The position numbers and the translations under genes were made by a program. The notes beneath the pieces are model-generated. The model saw only the letters and a program-made list of their open reading frames with translations. It was not told the origin of the DNA and searched no databases. DNA of 5,663 bases from a virus. Its lineage: Duplodnaviria; Heunggongvirae; Uroviricota; Caudoviricetes. The stretch lies in IMG/VR virus record IMGVR_UViG_2703718818_000005, positions 1 through 5,663 of that record. One strand, written 5' to 3'. Below, in pieces: positions 1-3,859 of this stretch (position 1 is its first letter; each line of letters begins with the position of its first letter).

Positions 1-60
1 GGTCAGGTATCCCGTCGTGACCAGGAGCGCGCGCTGGCGTGCTGGGGAATCGACAGATAA
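1..60 (+). CDS. 3' end of an upstream gene, probably a phage endolysin (lysozyme-like C-terminus); 5' part lies outside the window
   Basis: Frame 1 reads GQVSRRDQERALACWGIDR then TAA at 58-60. The RR-x-x-ER-x-x-x-C-W-G tail resembles C-termini of lambdoid prophage lysozymes such as RrrD/R21-type, recalled from memory. Its position upstream of Rz/Rz1 fits a lysis cassette. Only 19 codons are visible, so the call is weak. Confidence 0.4.
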   Translation, partial: GQVSRRDQERALACWGIDR

Positions 61-166
61 GCAGAATATTTTGCTGAAAAATGACGTTGATCAACGCGGG
101 CAGATAACACGAAATCCTGCAAACTGGCAAAATGTAAGTGAATAAAGTCAGGCAGATTGTTTCACG

Positions 167-199
167 CAGAGGCACCGTAATGGTGCCTTTGTCATTTAT
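167..199 (+). terminator. Terminator-like hairpin downstream of the endolysin-like gene
   Basis: Inverted repeat AGGCACC (170-176) / GGTGCCT (182-188) with loop GTAAT, extendable to a 10-bp stem (167-191) with one G-U pair, followed by the T-rich run TTGTCATTTAT. The U-tract is interrupted, so this is at best a weak intrinsic terminator. Confidence 0.3.
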
Positions 200-333
200 G
201 CGCTTCGCACAAGCGTAAATAAACCAAAGAACCTTTCAGGATGAGCCCTGGTGGATAACCGGCAGTGGTCTGGTTAACCCTCTTTGGGCTGGTTATTCCT
301 GTGCGCAGGGTTCATCACTAAAAGGAATCAACC

Positions 334-1029
334 ATGAAAGAGATGATTTCTGTCGATCATGAAATATCCATGAGTAGTCTGGATTTTCTGAATAACATTA
401 TTAACCCTATCCGGGTTGAGGCAGGGAAACCACCTCATGAACCGCGTAAGTTCCTTGCAAAAATTGAGGACGAACTTGAGCTTGAGGTAACCTGGAAAAA
501 ATTCCGGTTAAACAATAACCAGACAAGAACGGCATACTATGATCTGGATTTTGACCAGATGATGCTCGTTGGCATGAGAGAGTCAAAGGCCGTTCGTCGT
601 TCTGTGCTGGCAAGGCTCAAAGCGATGCATGGTATTCAGATCCCCCGGACTTTACCTGAGGCGTTGCGATTTGCGGCAAAACTGGCAGAACAGAAAGCAG
701 TGCTGGAAAATCAACTGGCAATAGCAGCGCCGAAGGCTGAATTTGTTGATAACTATGTTGAAGCATCTGGTCTGATGGGATTCCGGGAAGTTGCTAAGTT
801 ACTCGGTATCAAAGAAACCGATTTCCGGCTGTTTTTGTTGGAGAACGGAATAATGTATCGCCTCGCTGGAAAAATGACGCCTTACTCGCATCACCTGGAT
901 GCGGGGCGGTTTAGCGTGAAAACGGGCGAGGCGGGCAATGGTCATGCTTTTACGCAGGTTAAATTCACCCCAAAAGGTGTTCAGTGGATTGCTGGTCTGC
1001 TTGCTGCATGGAGAGCTACCGCAGCATGA
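334..1029 (+). CDS. Phage antirepressor-like protein with a C-terminal KilAC (ANT) domain; N-terminal domain unassigned (possibly Rha/AntA-like)
   Basis: 231-aa ORF with ATG at 334 and an AAGGA Shine-Dalgarno 7 nt upstream. The C-terminal half (VAKLLGI...FRLFLLENGIMY...PYSHHLDAGRFSVK...FTQVKFTPKGVQWIAGLL) matches the pattern I recall for KilAC domains (AK-LG, P-x-Q/H, G-F, T-x-KG-x-x-I). Needs an HMM search to confirm. Confidence 0.75.
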   Translation: MKEMISVDHEISMSSLDFLNNIINPIRVEAGKPPHEPRKFLAKIEDELELEVTWKKFRLNNNQTRTAYYDLDFDQMMLVGMRESKAVRRSVLARLKAMHGIQIPRTLPEALRFAAKLAEQKAVLENQLAIAAPKAEFVDNYVEASGLMGFREVAKLLGIKETDFRLFLLENGIMYRLAGKMTPYSHHLDAGRFSVKTGEAGNGHAFTQVKFTPKGVQWIAGLLAAWRATAA

Positions 1030-1121
1030 AGATGATAAAAATGGACTGGAAATTTTTGCTGGTCTGGCTGATTCCGTTTTTATGGGTGGTTGCCCGGTTA
1101 ATTACTGCTATTAATGGGTAA
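1026..1121 (+). CDS. Candidate micro-ORF, 31-aa single-pass membrane peptide (MKMIKMDWKFLLVWLIPFLWVVARLITAING)
   Basis: ATG at 1026 overlaps the stop of the upstream gene (ATGA). It has a Lys-rich N-terminus followed by a ~20-residue hydrophobic helix and a TAA stop at 1119-1121. No clear Shine-Dalgarno; translational coupling would be needed. Not in the ORF track because of its size. Confidence 0.3.
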   Translation: MKMIKMDWKFLLVWLIPFLWVVARLITAING

Positions 1122-1123
1122 AG

Positions 1124-1255
1124 ATGTCAGACAAACTCATAATGCTGGCGAAGGGCCTTTGTGTAATCGTCGGTATTTCATTTTCACTAATGCTGGTTGT
1201 TCTTTTTCTTTCCATAGCCTGGATGGCGTTGAGTTCGGCAGGGCTGGTGGGGTGA
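1124..1255 (+). CDS. Candidate micro-ORF, 43-aa hydrophobic peptide (MSDKLIMLAKGLCVIVGISFSLMLVVLFLSIAWMALSSAGLVG)
   Basis: ATG at 1124 lies 2 nt after the stop of the previous micro-ORF; TGA at 1253-1255. Almost entirely hydrophobic, giving one long or two short transmembrane segments. It competes with the N-terminal part of the 86-aa track ORF 1114-1374 in another frame. Confidence 0.35.
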   Translation: MSDKLIMLAKGLCVIVGISFSLMLVVLFLSIAWMALSSAGLVG

Positions 1256-1257
1256 CA

Positions 1258-1374
1258 GTGACTGATGACGACAATTTATTTAAACAGATGAGTACTGAAT
1301 TTATTCGGGCAACGGCATTTGCCATTCGCATTGTGGCAATTGCGGTTCTAATCCGGGAAATCCGCTGGTGGTGA
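1258..1374 (+). CDS. Candidate third micro-ORF (GTG start at 1258 or ATG at 1288), amphipathic/hydrophobic peptide ending ...MSTEFIRATAFAIRIVAIAVLIREIRWW
   Basis: Same frame as the 86-aa track ORF. GGTGGGG lies just upstream of GTG 1258. Its stop TGA 1372-1374 sits 1 nt before the methylase ATG. Start and reality are uncertain. Confidence 0.2.
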   Translation: MTDDDNLFKQMSTEFIRATAFAIRIVAIAVLIREIRWW

Positions 1375-1375
1375 A

Positions 1376-2143
1376 ATGAATAATAACTCTGCAAAACCGT
1401 TTCTCCCGTGGTTAGGAGGGAAGCGTCGTCTGGCAAAACATATTCTGCCGTTATTTCCTGAGCACACTCTGTATGTGGAACCGTTCTGTGGCGGTGCGGC
1501 ACTGTTCTTTATGAAAAAACCGAGCTGCGCTGAAATCATCAACGATATAAACAGTGATATCGTTAATCTCTACCGTGTGGTGAAGTACCACCAGGAGGAA
1601 TTTTCCCGCCAGTTTCAGTGGATGCTCGCCAGTCGTGAGATGTGGAATGAGGTGATAAATCAGCACACGGAGTACATGACGGATATCCAGCGGGCTGTCC
1701 GTTTCTTTTTTATCCAGAAGTGCGCGTATGGCGGAAGAGCATACAGTCGGGCATTTGGAGTTAAAACTCACAGACCGCAGATAATCCCCGGGAATACAGA
1801 GCAGTTATTGCAGGAAGCCCGTGATCGGCTGGCGCGGGCAACTATTGAACACCTTGACTGGGAGGTCTGTATCGCACGGTATGACCGCCCGACAACGCTG
1901 TTTTACTGCGATCCTCCGTATTGGTTGGATGGTGGTTACGGCATTGATTTTTCATTCTGCAATTATGAGCGCATGGCAGAACTTGCCCGCACAATAAAAG
2001 GCAAAATGATTATATCCCTGAACGATACGCAGGAAATGAGACGATTGTTTGAGGGGATGAATATTCATCATGTTGCTCATCGTTATACTGTACCACGTGG
2101 TAAGACAAGCAGTGTCAGCGAGCTGATAATCTGCAATTTCTGA
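1376..2143 (+). CDS. Dam-family (D12 class) N6-adenine DNA methyltransferase, phage-borne orphan methylase
   Basis: 255-aa ORF. N-terminal PWLGGKRRL, AdoMet-binding motif I FCGGAALFF (about 1485-1511) and catalytic motif IV DPPY at codons 179-182 (nt 1910-1921). No restriction endonuclease partner is visible in the window. Confidence 0.9.
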   Translation: MNNNSAKPFLPWLGGKRRLAKHILPLFPEHTLYVEPFCGGAALFFMKKPSCAEIINDINSDIVNLYRVVKYHQEEFSRQFQWMLASREMWNEVINQHTEYMTDIQRAVRFFFIQKCAYGGRAYSRAFGVKTHRPQIIPGNTEQLLQEARDRLARATIEHLDWEVCIARYDRPTTLFYCDPPYWLDGGYGIDFSFCNYERMAELARTIKGKMIISLNDTQEMRRLFEGMNIHHVAHRYTVPRGKTSSVSELIICNF

Positions 2144-2151
2144 CAGGGGGC

Positions 2152-2628
2152 ATGGTGAGCATAAACCGAATTCTTTCCGCGTTTACTGTTATTCTGCTGG
2201 TGGTCTGTGGTGCGCTTAGTCTGGGGCTGAATCATTACCGCGATAACGCCATCACCTACAAAGCGCAGCGCGATAAAAAAGCCAGAGAGCTGGAACAGGC
2301 GAATGCCACCATTACTGACATGCAGGTGCGCCAGCGTGATGTTGCTGCGCTCGATGCAAAATACTCGAGGGAATTAGCCGATGCGAGAGCTGAAAATGAA
2401 ACTCTGCGCGCTGATGTTGCCGCTGGTCGTAAGCGCCTGCGGATCAACGCCACCTGCTCCGGTACCGTGCGTGAAGCCACCGGCACCTCCGGCGTGGGCA
2501 ATGATGCCGCCGTCGAACTCTCTCCGGTTGCTGGACGAAACGTTCTCGGTATCAGAGACGGAATCATCAGCGACCTGGCTGCATTGAGAATGCTTCAGGA
2601 ATATATCCGCACTCAGTGTATTAACTAG
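2152..2628 (+). CDS. Rz: Rz-like i-spanin (inner-membrane spanin subunit)
   Basis: 158 aa. An N-terminal transmembrane helix (ILSAFTVILLVVCGALSLGL) is followed by NHYRDNAITYKAQRDK...MQVRQRDVAALDAKY...DVAAGRKRL, which is near-colinear with lambda Rz as recalled. GGGGG Shine-Dalgarno before ATG 2152, 8 nt after the methylase stop. Confidence 0.92.
   Translation: MVSINRILSAFTVILLVVCGALSLGLNHYRDNAITYKAQRDKKARELEQANATITDMQVRQRDVAALDAKYSRELADARAENETLRADVAAGRKRLRINATCSGTVREATGTSGVGNDAAVELSPVAGRNVLGIRDGIISDLAALRMLQEYIRTQCIN
2381..2587 (+). CDS. Rz1: Rz1-like o-spanin (outer-membrane lipoprotein), embedded in the +1 frame of Rz
   Basis: 68-aa ORF wholly inside Rz. Signal peptide MRELKMKLCALMLPLVVSAC with lipobox V-S-A-C (Cys codon 2438-2440), then a proline-rich mature part CGSTPPAPVPCVKPPAPPAW that parallels lambda Rz1 CVKPPPPPAW. 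GAGGGA lies 8 nt upstream of ATG 2381; ATG 2396 is an alternative start. Confidence 0.85.
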   Translation: MRELKMKLCALMLPLVVSACGSTPPAPVPCVKPPAPPAWAMMPPSNSLRLLDETFSVSETESSATWLH

Positions 2629-2651
2629 TATTTTTGTTATTCGGAGAATGC

Positions 2652-2864
2652 ATGAAGAAATTACTGGTAACCGTAAAGCCTTTTCAGGGAACAATTCCGT
2701 TCCGTATTTTGCAGCGTGGTCGTGTTCTTGTTGAAGGTTCGTTCAGTGGTAAATGTACGCAATTACACTCCCGGACCTTTCAGGTGAATGCCACGAATGA
2801 AGAGCTAACCGTTGAGTGTACGATGAATGCCGCTAAATGCCGCATGGTATCCGCTGCATTTTGA
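2652..2864 (+). CDS. Hypothetical 70-aa protein between the spanins and cos (MKKLLVTVKPFQGTIPFRILQRGRVLVEGSFSGKCTQLHSRTFQVNATNEELTVECTMNAAKCRMVSAAF)
   Basis: ATG at 2652 with a GGAGAA Shine-Dalgarno 6 nt upstream; the track ORF begins at an in-frame TTG at 2634. No family recognised by eye. Three Cys, no obvious signal peptide. Confidence 0.5.
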   Translation: MKKLLVTVKPFQGTIPFRILQRGRVLVEGSFSGKCTQLHSRTFQVNATNEELTVECTMNAAKCRMVSAAF

Positions 2865-3087
2865 GCGACCTTATTATCCATGCGCGGTATTGTCGCCGTA
2901 TTCCCGTATTAACAGAGACCGCAGCCCGACAGGGAGACTCCTCTGCGCGAGTGTGCGGGGATAATCAAAAACGATACACACCGGGGTTTACCGCGTTAAC
3001 GGAGCGCGGCGTTGTCCCCTCATGGTCGCTGGTCCGGTGCGATGGTGGAAGAAACTGGATTTTGTTGCAACTGATAACCATTATCAT

Positions 3088-3117
3088 TTTCGCGGGTCCT
3101 TTCCGGCGATCCGGGCC
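3088..3117. other. cosQ-like cos-proximal segment upstream of cosN
   Basis: TTTCGCGGGTCCTTTCCGGCGATCCGGGCC is near-identical to the lambda right-end sequence TTTACGGGTCCTTTCCGGTGATCCGACAGG that I recall preceding cosN, where cosQ resides. Exact cosQ boundaries are not determinable from memory. Confidence 0.4.
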
Positions 3118-3139
3118 GTTACGGGGCGGCGACCTCGCG
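3118..3139. other. cosN, terminase nicking site; 12-nt cohesive end GGGCGGCGACCT at 3124-3135
   Basis: GTTACGGGGCGGCGACCTCGCG matches the lambda cosN core as recalled, and the 12-mer at 3124-3135 equals the lambda cohesive end. The following ~25 nt (CGCGCGTTTTCACTATTTATGAGATTTT) also track the lambda left end. It sits immediately upstream of a Nu1/A terminase pair. Confidence 0.85.
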
Positions 3140-3174
3140 CGTTTTCACTATTTATGAGATTTTTTGAGGGGGGT

Positions 3175-3183
3175 GGTTGTTGT
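3175..3183 (+). repeat. R3-like repeat GGTTGTTGT
   Basis: Exact 9-mer, about 50 nt to the right of the cohesive-end start, analogous in position to lambda R3. Confidence 0.5.
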
Positions 3184-3233
3184 TTAATTGTTTGGTATAT
3201 CTAATTGATAAGTAAGGTGAAAATAAAATAAAT

Positions 3234-3242
3234 ACAACAACC
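3234..3242 (-). repeat. R2-like repeat, inverted copy (ACAACAACC on the top strand)
   Basis: Exact reverse complement of GGTTGTTGT, 59 bp from the first copy. Confidence 0.5.
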
Positions 3243-3311
3243 TTACGATGTGTTTTGATGTCGTCAATGCGAAAAATGTCAATGATATCAAATGGTTTTG
3301 CAAAAACACAT

Positions 3312-3320
3312 GGTTGTTGT
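3312..3320 (+). repeat. R1-like repeat GGTTGTTGT
   Basis: Exact 9-mer, 33 bp upstream of the proposed Nu1 start codon. Confidence 0.5.
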
Positions 3321-3352
3321 ATCGCTTTTTATCGATGACTTATGGAGAGGAG

Positions 3353-3859
3353 ATGGCCTTTTTATTGAATAAAAGTGATATGGCCTCCTCCATCGGTATC
3401 TCTGTTCAGGCATTTGATAAATGGGGCGTTCCTCCTGTTGAACGTCGGGGGAGGGAAGTTTTATATGACGTTAAAACTGTACTGGAGATAGATCGCGAGC
3501 GGCGACAACACAATCAGAGAACACCTGATGACGGGGGAGAACTGGAGGAAAGGCTGCTTCGGGCCAGAGCTGAACTGACAGAAGAACAGGCTGTAGCTCA
3601 AAAACTTAAAAATCAGGTAACCGAAGGTAAGCTCATTGATTCAGACTTCTGCGTTTTCGCCCTCAGCAAACTGGCGATGGCATTGTCCAGTACGCTTGAT
3701 TCCATTCCGTTATCCATGCAGCGACAGTTCCCGGATTTAACGCCACGTCATATTGACCATCTGAAAACCCTTATTGCAAAGGGCGCAAATCAGTGTGCGC
3801 GGGCAGGGGATAAATTACCGGATTTGCTGGATGAATATATCAGAGCAACAACTGAATAA
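3353..3859 (+). CDS. nu1: Terminase small subunit, Nu1-like
   Basis: 168 aa from ATG 3353, preceded by GGAGAGGAG. Aligns by eye with lambda Nu1: EVLYD, FCVFALSKLAMALSSTLDSIPLSMQRQFPDLTPRHIDHLK versus lambda FCTFVLSRIAGEIASILDGLPLSVQRRFPELENRHVDFLK, and an EYI motif near the C-terminus. The track ORF start at 3248 is an in-frame upstream extension running into cosB; 3335 is another in-frame ATG without a Shine-Dalgarno. Confidence 0.88.
   Translation: MAFLLNKSDMASSIGISVQAFDKWGVPPVERRGREVLYDVKTVLEIDRERRQHNQRTPDDGGELEERLLRARAELTEEQAVAQKLKNQVTEGKLIDSDFCVFALSKLAMALSSTLDSIPLSMQRQFPDLTPRHIDHLKTLIAKGANQCARAGDKLPDLLDEYIRATTE

Larger units (their letters stand above)
3140..3330. promoter_or_regulatory. 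cosB-like terminase small-subunit binding region with three R-element-like repeats
   Basis: AT-rich segment between cosN and the Nu1 start containing three copies of the 9-mer GGTTGTTGT (direct, inverted, direct), plus a near-consensus IHF-like site TATCTAATTGATA at 3198-3210 between the first two. This mirrors the lambda R3-I1-R2-R1 layout in organisation, not in sequence. Confidence 0.55.

Noticed and set aside
61-333. Initial reading of the leading ORF fragment as the end of the Q antiterminator, with 61-333 as the late promoter, qut site and tR' terminator
   Set aside because: The C-terminal residues RRDQERALACWG look like a lysozyme tail rather than any Q protein I can recall, and the downstream presence of Rz/Rz1 places this inside the lysis cassette. 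The hairpin is kept only as a generic terminator-like feature.
407-613. Minus-strand 68-aa ORF inside the KilAC gene
   Set aside because: Antisense to a gene with a recognisable domain; Pro/Gln/Ser-rich and likely a chance open frame.
1114-1374. 86-aa track ORF (MGKDVRQTHNAGEGPLCNRRYFIFTNAGCSFSFHSLDG...)
   Set aside because: The N-terminal two-thirds has low-complexity, non-protein-like composition and overlaps two better-formed hydrophobic micro-ORFs in other frames. Only its C-terminal ~30-38 codons are retained, as a low-confidence third micro-ORF.
1137-1771. Minus-strand track ORFs 1137-1502, 1348-1542 and 1451-1771
   Set aside because: They are antisense to the micro-ORF region and the well-supported methylase gene, have no Shine-Dalgarno or recognisable domains, and all credible genes in the window are co-directional on the + strand.
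2256-2694. Minus-strand ORFs 2256-2567 and 2374-2694 overlapping Rz/Rz1; also looked for a bor-like lipoprotein on the minus strand
   Set aside because: Antisense to the strongly supported spanin genes, with Ala/Ser/Gly-rich composition typical of shadow frames in GC-rich coding DNA. No bor-like sequence was recognised.
2837-3204. Plus-strand track ORFs 2837-3157 (106 aa) and 3022-3204 (60 aa)
   Set aside because: Both run across cosQ/cosN, so they would be cut in the linear virion genome. They cover sequence that is conserved as non-coding DNA in lambda, as recalled, and have no Shine-Dalgarno.
3248-3352. N-terminal 35-codon extension of the Nu1 ORF
   Set aside because: No counterpart in lambda Nu1, it overlaps the cosB R1-like repeat, and a strong Shine-Dalgarno precedes the internal ATG at 3353.
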